This document shows positions 53,261 through 64,000 of a DNA stretch of 64,000 nucleotides, piece after piece. Location: NCBI RefSeq assembly GCF_009914755.1, contig NC_060945.1. One strand, given 5' to 3'. The notes below the pieces were generated by a model. The model was not told where the DNA came from, did not search any database, and saw only the letters and a list, made by a program, of their open reading frames with translations. The translations under genes were made by a program, and so were the position numbers. The stretch's first letter is position 1; every line of letters begins with the position of its first letter. Source of the stretch: the human T2T-CHM13v2.0 reference genome, Homo sapiens.

Positions 53261-54316
53261 ACTGAGAAGAGCGAAGCCGCGGGGGTGAAGCTGCGGCAGT
53301 GCCGCCGCATCCTTCCTCCTTGGCAGACCATGTTCCCCGTGTGGCGCGTGTGTGGGCGGGGTTGTGCCCTTTGTTTGTTGCACGGCCCCGCCTGCCCCGA
53401 GAGCCGGAGAACTCGGGAGGGAGAGGGGGGAGAGAGAGACACGCGTGCGGGGACGAAACCATGTGTGCGTATCATGGGGCGGGCTGGATGCCTTGCTGGC
53501 CTGGTGAGCAGCGGGGAGCGGCCCCCTGCCGTGGCCCCCACGTGTGTGTCGGCGGGTGCGGGAATGGTTCTCGGTGTCCCGGTGGGGTGGGGGTCTCGGT
53601 CCCTCCCCGCCAGAGCTGTCGTCCCGCCCTGTCCCACTGGCTCGGCCCCATCCCGCCGGCTCCCGTTGGGGCCGGCCGGGTTCCCATCGCTGCTGTGGCT
53701 GCCACCATCCTCGCCTCTGCCACACCATGCCACTGGGCCCGGCCTGGCCTGCTCACTCTCCCCAGCCTTCCCGCTAGGGCGTCTCGAGGGTAGGGGGCTG
53801 GACGCCTGTCCCCACCTCCTCGTCCGCCACCACCGTCCAGGTTCCTAGCGCGTTCTGGCGGGGAGGTTTACGAACCCCTTGGGGGGTCGCCCGTCTTCCC
53901 GTGGGTTGGGTGTGGTGGGCCTGCGGGGGAGTCTGTTCGGGAGGGGCCCGCCCCTCTCTCACCTCCCCCACCGACTCTGTCCCCTCAGCCGGCCGGGGCC
54001 GCGCCGCACTTGCGTGTCACCGCTGACACCAGTGGGGGCTTTACCGGCGGCCGTCGTGCCATTGCACGTGTGCCGCGCGTGTGGCCTGTGCCTTGCACTG
54101 TGGGGGTGGGAATCCTTGGGCGCCCGTGGGGTGCTGTCAGCGTTCGCCCCCCCGTGGTCGGCACTGCCTCCCTGTGTTGTGAAACCTTCCGACCCCTCTC
54201 TGGAGTCTGGTCCCATTGCTGTCTGAATGGCCAGCCTGAGGTAAACCCTCTGGGACACCTGTTGTGCCAGTAGAGCCTCCGGGTGTTGGGAGCACCCTTG
54301 CCAAATCCACCTTGTA
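53261..54316 (+). other. ITS1 (degenerate)
   Basis: GC-rich ~1.06-kb spacer between 18S and 5.8S. Confidence 0.88.
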
Positions 54317-54382
54317 TGACTTTTAGCGGTGGATCACTGGCCTTCTGCGTTGATGAAGAACGCAGCTAGCTGTGAGAACTAA

Positions 54383-54425
<43 letters not shown>

Positions 54426-54472
54426 TTGTGGCCCGGGTTCCTCCCAGGGCTATGCCTGTCTAAGCGTCGCTT
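54317..54472 (+). rRNA. RNA5-8SP: 5.8S rRNA pseudogene
   Basis: gacttttagcggtggatcact...gatgaagaacgcagctagc...gcctgtctaagcgtcgctt, 156 bp with substitutions. Confidence 0.96.
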
Positions 54473-55327
54473 GCTGATCAATAGTCACCGGGGGTGCCTC
54501 CGGGCTCCTTGGGGTGCACGGCTGGGGGTTCCCTCGCATGGCCTGCCGGGGCCCTCTGTCCCCCCAAGTGCAGACCGGTGACGTCCGCCCTCCTCTGCCG
54601 CCATGCCCGCCCCTTCTCCCCCCCCCCCACAGGCCCTGTGTGGTCAGGCATTGGGTGGCATGGGGAAGGGGGGCTCCCGGCTGTAAGGAAGAGAGAGAGG
54701 GCGGCGCTGCCACCCGCGAAAACAGAGAGGGAAGAGAGCTGGCTGGGGCCGAGTTCCCGTGGCCACCACCGCAGTCTGGGTTCCTCCCTCAGGGGCTCCC
54801 TCGTGCCTCACGCAGCTCATGGTGCAGGGTTCGTTGGCCCTGGTGGGGTGGAAGGTCCCGTGCCATCGTCGTCACGTATCGTGGGTAGTGTGGGTTTGTT
54901 GTGGGGGGAGGAAGGCAAGTAGGAAGGGTCCGCCGGAGAGAGGGTGGGGGAGCATGTCCCGGTCGCCGCGGTTTGCCGCCACCCCTGGTGGTTGCCCGGC
55001 AACCAGCCCACCGCTACTGCAGCGCCCCTCCTCCCCAACATCCCTCCAAGGCACAGTCCTCCTCGTCCGCGCGCCCCCCGCCTGCCCGGCGCGCATCGCT
55101 GTCGTGTCCGGGGCCGGAAGCCCGCCACGCGGCCCGTCTGGCAGCACTCGTGGCCGTGGTCCTGGGGTTTGCGTGCCCTTGGCGGTGACTCGCTGGATGC
55201 TGCAGTGTCGTCCGCCATCGTGAGCCCGCCTCCGGCTCTCAGCCGCCCAGTGCCTGGGGCCCGGTCTGTAGCTTCCACGTCTGGCCAGGGCGGCGCCGCT
55301 GTGTCCTCGGACCAGTCCCCCACCTCC
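54473..55327 (+). other. ITS2, truncated before 28S
   Basis: The GC-rich spacer ends abruptly at ...cccccacctcc|atttagc. No 28S 5' end (CGACCTCAGATCAGAC) follows. Confidence 0.85.
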
Positions 55328-56089
55328 ATTTAGCATGTAGGCAATCCCATGTAACTTAGCAAAGCTAGCAAGTCCCTAAACTCGGCGCAGCCACTATAGG
55401 GGTGGCCTCCCAGTAGCATTGTTAACACCAATTGTAATTGGTAGGCAATCACTTAGTTTCACATTTCATTACCCGAGTTATACAAATGTGTAAAAAAAAT
55501 ACAGTTTTAATAAAGGGAGTAAAGGATAATATGAGTAATATTCACAATCTCTAGTTGGAAGAGGTAGTGTTTTCTCAGAAATGATGCATTCCTGGAGCAA
55601 GGTCATTTTATGTTTGGTTTGTTAAATATCTATTTCCATTTTGACAAACCACTGGAAAATCCCAGCTTCACAAGGACTCTCCATGAGAATGATCAAACAA
55701 AAGAACACCCATAACACAAAATCAAAACAAGGGTGGTCCAGGCGTCACATTAAAGACTCATTACCAAGTTTTCTTAGAAGAGATAAAGAACACAAAGTTA
55801 CTTTTATGTGATGGAAAACAGAGAGAAAGAGTAAATGGAACAATAAATGTTGGGCAACAACAGTGAAAACCAAGCTGTGGAAAAAAATGAATGGAAATGT
55901 TTTGTTTGGTATTGATTTCCTATCCTGATATCAGAAAGTATGGGAAAGAACAAAGCACATTTTTTTGAGACAAATAGAACATAAAACAAATGAATGTTAA
56001 AGACTATTTTACAGTGCTAACAAAACTATTTGTGACTTGTTTTTTCCATTTAAAAATACGATTTTGTACAATTACATTTATATAAATTA

Positions 56090-56485
56090 TTGAAATAAAA
56101 TTGTAAAGATGGAGAACAGGCTATGGGGTTGCCAAGGGGAAGGGGTGGAGGAAAACGTGTCAGAGTGTCAGCAAAGATCACAAGTTGGAGCCGGGTGGTG
56201 ATGCTACAGTTCTGTATCTTGACTGTGGAAGTGGTAGTTACAGAGATCTACACCACATAAAAATGCACAGAACACATGCACACGCATACACACATACAAA
56301 AATGAATGCATACAAAACGGTTGCAATCTGAGTAAGCTTTCTGAATTGTACCTATGTCAGTTTCCAGGTTTTGATAATGCTCTATAGCTATGTGAGATGT
56401 CACCACTGGAATTAGTGAGTAGTACCTAAGACATCCCTGTACCTTTTGCAACTTCCTGTGAATCTATAATTATTTCAAAAGAAAC
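56090..56485 (+). mobile_element. Ancient L1M 3'-end fragment
   Basis: Contains ggttgccaagggg, gttctgtatcttgactgtgg and ttttgcaacttcctgtgaatctataattatttcaaaa. Confidence 0.6.
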
Positions 56486-57209
56486 TTAAAAGTCATAGCA
56501 GACTTTCACTTCAAAGAGGAAAAAAACTGAAGATTAATGAAATTGTTGAAGAACATCAAATACTCAATAGTCTGTATGAGAGCTGTATTCTGTCCACTCA
56601 CAGCACAGCTGTCATTTAGCCTTTTCCTGACGTGCCCTGGAAGACTTGAGCTCCTCTTGCATTGCCAAGGCCAATAGTGTTTATTTGTTACTAACTTTGT
56701 ACTGAACCCCCCAAAAATGAAAAGTGATTGAATAATCATTTATAATAGCAACTAGTAATTTTACTTATAAAGAGACAATAGTGGTAACGAATTTAAATAT
56801 TTATGGTAAAGAATAGATCTTTGTTAGACAGTACTGGCAAAATTTAGAAAGAAAAAATAAGGAATCAGAAACATAAGTAGTTCAGTTTTGTGAAAAAATT
56901 CTGGATCTGAGATGCAAAAGAACAGAGATTATATTGCGTTTCTACTCCAAACCTGAAGAGTCACCTTAAGTGTGTTGTGTTTCTGTGCCAAAGCTGCTGA
57001 ATCACCTTAGGCAATGCATGCCCTTTCCCTGAACCTGTTTTCTTTTCTACAAAATAAAGTGAGCTAGATCATCTCTGAGGTCTCCCAAATATTCACATTT
57101 TTGGCTCTACATGAACTTCAGTTGAATTCCTAATTTCAGTGTGGATAATACATGTGTGCTGCACCACAAGCAGTGTGTCTAAATGCTCATGTTGGTCCTA
57201 AAAACTAAT

Positions 57210-60200
57210 TATGAGCAGTTTGGAAATTCCGTTGTTGTAGAATCTGCAAAGGGATATTTGTGAGTGCTTTGAGGCCATGGTGAAAAAGGAAATACCTTCA
57301 CATAAAAACTATAAAGAAGGTTTCTGAGAAACTGCTCTGTGATGTGTGCATTCATCTCACTGAGTTAAACGTTTCATTCCTTTGATCAGTCTGGAAACTC
57401 TGTTCTTGTACAATCTGCAAAATGGTATTTGTGAGTGCTTTGAGGCCTATGGTGAAAAAGGAGATATCTTCACATAAAAACTAGACAGACGCTTTCTGAG
57501 AAACTACTTTGTGACATGTGCATTCATCTCACAGAGTTAAACCATTCTTTTGATTGAAATGCTTGGAAATGGTGTTTGTGTAGAATCTGCAGAGGGATAT
57601 TTGTGAGAGCTTTGAGGCCTATGGTGAAAAAGGAAATATCTTCACATAAAAATTAGAAAGAAGGTTTATGAGAATCTGCTTTGTGATGTGTGCATTCATC
57701 TCACAGAGGTAAATGTTTATTTTCATTGAGCAAATGAGAAACTCTTTTCTTGTAGAATCTGCAAAGGGATATTTGTGAGCAGTTTGAGGCCTATGGTGAA
57801 AAAGGAAATATCATCACATAAAAACTTGACAGAAGTTTCTGAGAAACTTCCTGGTTATGTATGCATTCATCTCACAGAGTTAAACTATTCTTTTGATTGA
57901 GCAGTTTGGAAACAGTATTTTTGTAGAATCGACAAAGGGATATTTGTGAGTGCTTGGAGGCCAATGGTGAAAAAGGAAATATCTTCACATAAAAACTAGA
58001 CAGAAGCTTTCTGAGAAACTTTTTTTGTGATGTGTGCACTCATCTCACAGAGTTGAACCATTCTTTTGATTGAGCAGTTTGGTAACAATCTTTTTGTAAA
58101 ATCTGCAAAAGGATATTTCTGAGCACTTTGAAGCCTATGGTGAAAAAGGAAATATCTTCACATAAAAACTAGAAAGAAGGTTTCTGAGAAACTGCTTTGT
58201 GATGTGTGAATTCATCTCACAGAGTTAAACCTTTCTATTGATAGAGCATATTGGAAACAGTCTTTTTGTAGAATCTGCAAAGGGATATTTGTGAATGCTT
58301 TGAGGCCTGTGGTGAAAAATTAATATCTTCACTTGGGACAGAAGCTTTCTGAGACACTTCTGTGTGATGTGTGCACTCATCTCACACTGTTGAAACATTC
58401 TTTTGATTGAGCAGTCTGGAAACAGTCTTTTTGTAGGATCAGCAAAGGAATATTTGTGAGCACTTTGAGGCCTATGGGGAAAAAGGAAATAACTTCACAT
58501 AAAAACTAGACAGAAGGTTTCTGAGAAACTGCTTTGTAATGTGTGCATTCATCTCACAGAGGTAAAGGTTTCTTTTCATTGAGCAGATGGGAAACTCCTT
58601 GTAGAGTCTGCAAAGGGATATTTGTGAGTGCTTTGAGGCCTATGGTGAAAAAGGAAATATTTTCATATAAAATGTAGACAGAAGCTTTCTGAGAGATTTA
58701 TTTGTGATGTGTGCATTCATCTCATAGAGTTGAACCATTCTTCTTTTTTTTTTTGGAGCTCTGGGTTTATTTATTTATTTATTTACTTTTATTATTATTA
58801 TAATTTAAGTTTTAGGGTACATATGTACAATGTGCAGGTTTGTTACATAGGTATACATATGTCATGTTTGTGTGCTGCACCCATGAACTCATCATTTAGC
58901 ATTAGGTATATCTCCTAATGCTATCCCTCCCCCTCCCCCCACCCGAATACAGTCCCTGATGTGTGGTGTGTGGTGTTTTGCTTCCTGTGTCCATGTGTTC
59001 TCATTGATCAATTCCCAACTATGAGTGAGAACATGTGGTGTTTGATTTTTTGTCCTTCCAATAGTTCACTGAGAATGATGGTTTCCAGCTTCATCCATGT
59101 CCCTACAAAGGACATGAACTCATTATTTTTATGGCTGCATAGTATTCCATGGTGTATATGTGCCACATTTTCTTCATACAGTCTATCGTTGTTGGACATT
59201 TAGGTCAGTTCCAAGTCTTTGCTGTTGTGAATAGTGCTGCTATAAACATACGTGTGCATGTGTCTTTAAAGCAGCATGATTTATAATCCTTTGGGTATAT
59301 ACCCAGTAATGGGATGGCTGGGTCAAGTGATATTTCTAGTTCTAGATCCCTGAGGAATCACCACACTGACGTCCACAATTGTTGAACTAGTTTACAGTCC
59401 CACCAACAGTGCAAAATGTTCCTATTTCTCACATCCTCTCCAGCACCTGTTGTTTCCTAACTTTTTAATTATCACCATACTAACTGGTGTGAGATGATAT
59501 CTCATTGTGGTTTTGGTTTGCATTTCTCTGATAGCCAATGATGATGAGCATTTTTTCATTTGTTCATTAGCTGCATAAATGTCTTCTTTTGATAAGTGTT
59601 TGTTCATATCCTTCAACAACTTTTTGATGGGGTTGTTTGACTTTTTTCCTGTAAATTTGTCTGAGTTCATTGTAGATTCTGGATATTAACCCTTTGTCAG
59701 ATGAGTAGGTTGCAAAAACTTTCTCCCATTCTGTAGGATGCCTGTTCACTCTGATGGTGGTTTCTTTTGCTGTGCAGAAGCTCCTTAGTTTAATTAGATC
59801 CCATTTGTCAATTGTGGCTTTGTTGCCATTGCTTTAGGTGTTTTAGACATGAAGTCCTTGCCCATGCCTATGTCCTGAATGGTATTGCCTAGGTTTTCTT
59901 CTAGGGATTTTATGTGAAGCATTCTTTTGATTAATCAGTTTGGATACTCTGTTCTTGTAGAATATGCAAGGAGATATTTGTGAGCGCTTTGAGGCCTTTG
60001 GTGAAAAAGGAAATACCTTCACATAATAAATAGACAGAAGTTCTCTGAGAAACCTCCTTGTCATGTGTGCATTCATCTCACAGAGTTGAAACAGTCTTTT
60101 TGCTGAGCTGTTTGAAAACTGTCTATTTGTAGATTCTGCAAAGGGATATTTATGAGCGCTTTGAGGCCTATGGTGAGAAAGGAAATATCTTCACATAAAA

Positions 60201-63200
60201 ACTAGACAGAAGATTTCTGAGAAACCTCTTTGTGATGTGTGCATTTATCTCACAGAGTTGAACCATTCTTTTGATTGAGCAGTTTGTAAACAGACTTTTT
60301 GTAGAATCCGCAAAGGGATATTTGTCAGCTCTATGAGGCCTATGGTGAAAAATGAAATATCTTCAATAAAAACTATAAAGAATTTTTCTGAGAAGCTGTT
60401 CTGTAAGATGTGCACTCATCTCAGAGAGATAAAAGTTTCTATTCTTTGATGAGCCTGGAAACTCTGTTCTTATAAAATCTGCAAAGGGATATTTGTGAGT
60501 GGCTTTAGGCCTACGGTGAAAAAGGAAATATCTTCACATAAAAACTAGACAGAAGACTTCAGAGAAACTTCTTTGTGATGTGTGCATTCATCTCACAGAG
60601 TTGAACCATTCTTTTGATTGAGAAGTTTGGAAACAGTCTTTTCAGAGAATCTGCAAAGGGATATTTTGAGTGCTTTGATAGGTATGGTGAAAAGGGAAAT
60701 ACCTTCAAATAAAAAGAGGACAGAAGCTTTCTGAGAAACTTCTTTGTGATGTGTGCATTCATCTCAAAGAGTTGAAACTTCCTTTTGATTAAGCAGTTTG
60801 GAAAGAGTCCTTTTCTAGAATCTGCAGAGGGATATTTGTGAGCCCTTTATGGCCTAAGGTGAAATAGGAAATATCTTCACATAAAAACTAGACAGAAGCA
60901 TTCTGAGAAACTTCTTTGTGAAGTGTGCTTTCCTATCACAGAGTTATACCTCTCTTTTGATTGAGGAGTTTGGAAACAGTCTTTTTGTAGAATATGCAAA
61001 TGGATATTTGGAGCACTTTGGGGCCTATGGTGAAAAAGGAAATATCTTCACATAAAAACTAGACAGAAACATTCTGAGAAACTTCTTTGCGATGTTTGCA
61101 TTCATATCACAGAGTTGAACCTTTCTTCTGATTGAGGAGTTTCAAAAGAGTCCTTTTGTAGAATCTGCAAAGGGATATTTGTGAGCCCATTGAGGCCTAT
61201 GGTGAATTAGGAAATAGCTTCACATAAAAACTAGTCAGAAGTTTTCTGAGAAACTTCTTTGTGATGTGTACTTTCATCTCACAGAGTTGAACCTTTCTTT
61301 TGATTGAGCAGTTTGGAAACACACTTTTTGTAGAATCTGCAAATGGATATTTAGAGCACTTTGAGGACTATGGTGAAAAAGGAAGTATCTTCACATAAAA
61401 ACTAGAAAGCAACATTCTATGAAACTTCTTTGTGATGCGTGCTTTCATCTCACAGAGTTGAACCTTTCTATTCATTGAGCAGTTTGGAAACCATCTTTTT
61501 GTAGAATCTGCAAATGGATATTTGGAGAGTTTTGAGGCCTTGGTGAGAATGGAAATATCTTCACATAAAAACTAGATAGAAGCATTCTGAGAAACTTCTT
61601 GGTGACGTGTGCATTCATCACACAGTGTTGAACCTTTCTTTTGATTGAGCACTTTGGAAACAGTCTTTTTGTAGTATCTGTAGAGGGATATTTGCGAGCG
61701 GTTTGAGGCCTATGGTGAAAAAGGAAATATCTTCACATAAAAACTAGAGAGAAGCTTTCTGAGAAACTTCTTTGTGATGTGTGAATTCATCTCACAGTGT
61801 TGAACCCTTCTTTGGATTGAGCAGTTTGGAAACAATCCTTTTGTAGAATCTGCAAAGGTATATTTCTGAGCCCATTGAGGCCTATGGTGAAATATGAAAT
61901 ATCTTCCCATAAAAACTAGACAGAAAGTTTCTAAGAAACTTCTTTGTGATGTGTGCTTCCATCTCACAGAGTTGAACCTTTCTTTTGATTGGGAAGTTTG
62001 GAAACAGTCTTTTTGTAGAATCTGCAAATGGATGTTTGGAGCACTTTGAGGCCTATGGTAAAAAAGGAAATATCACATAAATATTAGAAGGAAGCATTCT
62101 GAGAAACTTCTTTGTGATGTTTGCATCCATCTCACACAGTTGAACATTTGTTTGATTGAAGATTTGGACACAGTCTTTTTGTAAAATCTACAAAGGGATA
62201 ATTGTGAACCCTTTGAGACCTATGGTGAAGTAGGAAATATCTTCATATAAAAACTACACAGAAACATTCTGAGAAACTTTTTTTGTGATGGGTGCATTCA
62301 TCTCACAGAGTTGAAGCTTTCTTTTGCTAGAGCAGTTTGGAAACAGTCTTATTGTAGAATCCCCAAAGGGATATTTCTGAGCCCATTGAGGCCTTTGGTG
62401 ATATAGGAAATACCTTCACATGAAAGCTAGACAGAAGATTTCTGAGAAACTTCTTTTCAATGAGTGCTTTCATCTCAAAGAGTTGAGCATTTCTTTTGAC
62501 TGAGGAGTTTGGAAACACTCTTTTTGCAGAATCTGCAAATGGATAATTGGAGTGTTTTGAGGCCTATGGTGAAAAAGGAAATATCTTCACATAACAACTA
62601 AACAGAAGTTTTCTGAGAAACTACTTTGTTACGCATGCATTCATCTCACAGAGTTGAAACTTTCTTTTGATTGAGCCGTTTGTAAACAGTCTTTTTGTAT
62701 AATCTGCAAATGGATATTTAGAGCGCTTTGAGGCCTATAGTGAAAAAGGAAATATCTTCACAAAAAAAGTAGAAAGAAACACTCTGAGAAACTTCTTGGT
62801 GATATGTGCTTTCATCTCACAGAGTCGAACCTTTCTTTTCATTGAGCAGTTTGGAAACAGACTTTTTATAGAATCTGGAAATGCATATTTGGAGCGCTTT
62901 GAGGCCTATGGTGAAAAAGGAAATATCTTCAGATAAACACTAAACAGAAGATTTCTGAGAAACTTCTTTGTGATGCGTGCATTCATATCACAGAGCTGAA
63001 ACTTTCTTTTGATTTAGCAGTTTGTAAACAGTCTTTTGGTAAAATCTGCAAATGGATACTTTGAGTGCTTTGAGGCCTATGGTGAAAAAGGAAATATCTT
63101 CACAAAAAAACTAGAAAGATACATTCTGAGAAATTTCTTTGTGATGTGTGCTTTCAACTCACAGAGTTGAAACTTTCTTTTCACTGAGCAATTTGGAAAC

Positions 63201-64000
63201 AGTCTTTTTGTGGAATCTGCAAAAAATATTTTTAAGCCCTTTAAGGCCCATGGTGAAACAGAAAATATCCTCACAAAAAAACTAGACAGAAGCTTTCTGA
63301 GAAACTTCTTTGTGATGTGTGCTTTCAACTCACGGAGTTATACCTTTCTTTTGATTGAGCAGTTTGGAAACAGTCTTTTTGTGGAATCAGCAAATGGATG
63401 TTGGAGTGCTTTGAGGCCTATGGTGAAAAAGGAAATACCTTCACATAAAAAATAGATGGAAGCATTGTGAGAAACATCTCTGTGATGTGTGCATTCATCT
63501 CATAGAGTTGAACCTTTCTTTGATTGAGCAGCTTGGAAACAGTCTTTTTGTGGAATCAGCAAATGGATGTTTGGAGTGCTTTGAAGCCCATGGTGAAAAA
63601 GGAAATACCTTCACATAAAAAATAGACAGAAGCATTGTGAGAAACATCTCTGCAGTGTGTGCATTCATCTCATAGTGTTGAACCTTTGTTTGATTAAGCA
63701 GCTTGGAAACAGTCCTTTTGTAGACTCTGCAAAGGGATATTTCTGAGCCCATTGAAGCCTAGGGTGGAAAAGAAATGTCTTCACATAAAAACTAGACAGA
63801 AGCATTCTGATAAACTTTTTTGTGATGTGTCCATTCATCTTACAGAGTTAAAACTTTCTTTGGATTGAGCAGTTTGGAAACAGTCTTTTTGTGGAATCTG
63901 CAAAAAATATTTTTGAGCCCTATATGACTGAAGGTGAAATAGGAAATATCTTCACAAAAAAACTAGACAGAAGCATTCTGAGAAACTTCTTTGTGACGTG
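57210..64000 (+). repeat. Divergent monomeric alpha satellite (171-bp units, A-type)
   Basis: ctatggtgaaaaaggaaatatcttcacataaaaactagacagaag recurs every ~171 bp. No CENP-B box was seen. The array runs off the end of the window. Confidence 0.97.
58743..59914 (-). mobile_element. 5'-truncated L1PA inserted in alpha satellite
   Basis: L1 3'UTR and ORF2 C-terminus. TSD tgaa(c/g)cattctt at 58731-58742 and 59915-59926. Confidence 0.93.

Noticed and set aside
57210-64000. CRISPR-like array or coding repeat
   Set aside because: These are 171-bp alpha satellite monomers with no unique spacers, in a primate context.

Overview
This is human/hominoid pericentromeric DNA with no intact protein-coding gene. 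From left to right it holds: (i) about 19 kb of nested retroelements (MLT1 and MST LTRs, Alus, old L1M, and a full-length 6.1-kb L1PA on the minus strand); (ii) a degenerate two-unit D4Z4/DUX4-like tandem on the minus strand (~21.2-28.8 kb), split by a PCMTD1 retrocopy with a 5' inversion; (iii) a Tigger1 carrying a solo HERV-K(HML-2) LTR5; (iv) an orphan rDNA unit on the plus strand, comprising a shortened intergenic spacer with its CDC27 retrocopy, a partial 5'ETS with no Pol I promoter, 18S, ITS1, 5.8S and a truncated ITS2, but no 28S; and (v) divergent monomeric alpha satellite without CENP-B boxes from ~57.2 kb to the end, containing one truncated L1. The order DUX4L-PCMTD1P-CDC27P-rRNA pseudogene-alpha satellite resembles a family of paralogous human pericentromeric duplicons, but I cannot tell which copy this is without an alignment. 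I do not see a new functional system. The best observations are mechanistic fossils that can be read base by base: a twin-primed PCMTD1 insertion with its TSD and an 11-bp junction duplication, a HD1/HD2 fusion deletion in a DUX4-like copy, an Alu and an L1 inserted at the same nick site, an intron-retaining CDC27 retrocopy, and a promoterless rDNA unit. All comparisons to consensus or canonical sequences are from memory and were not computed.
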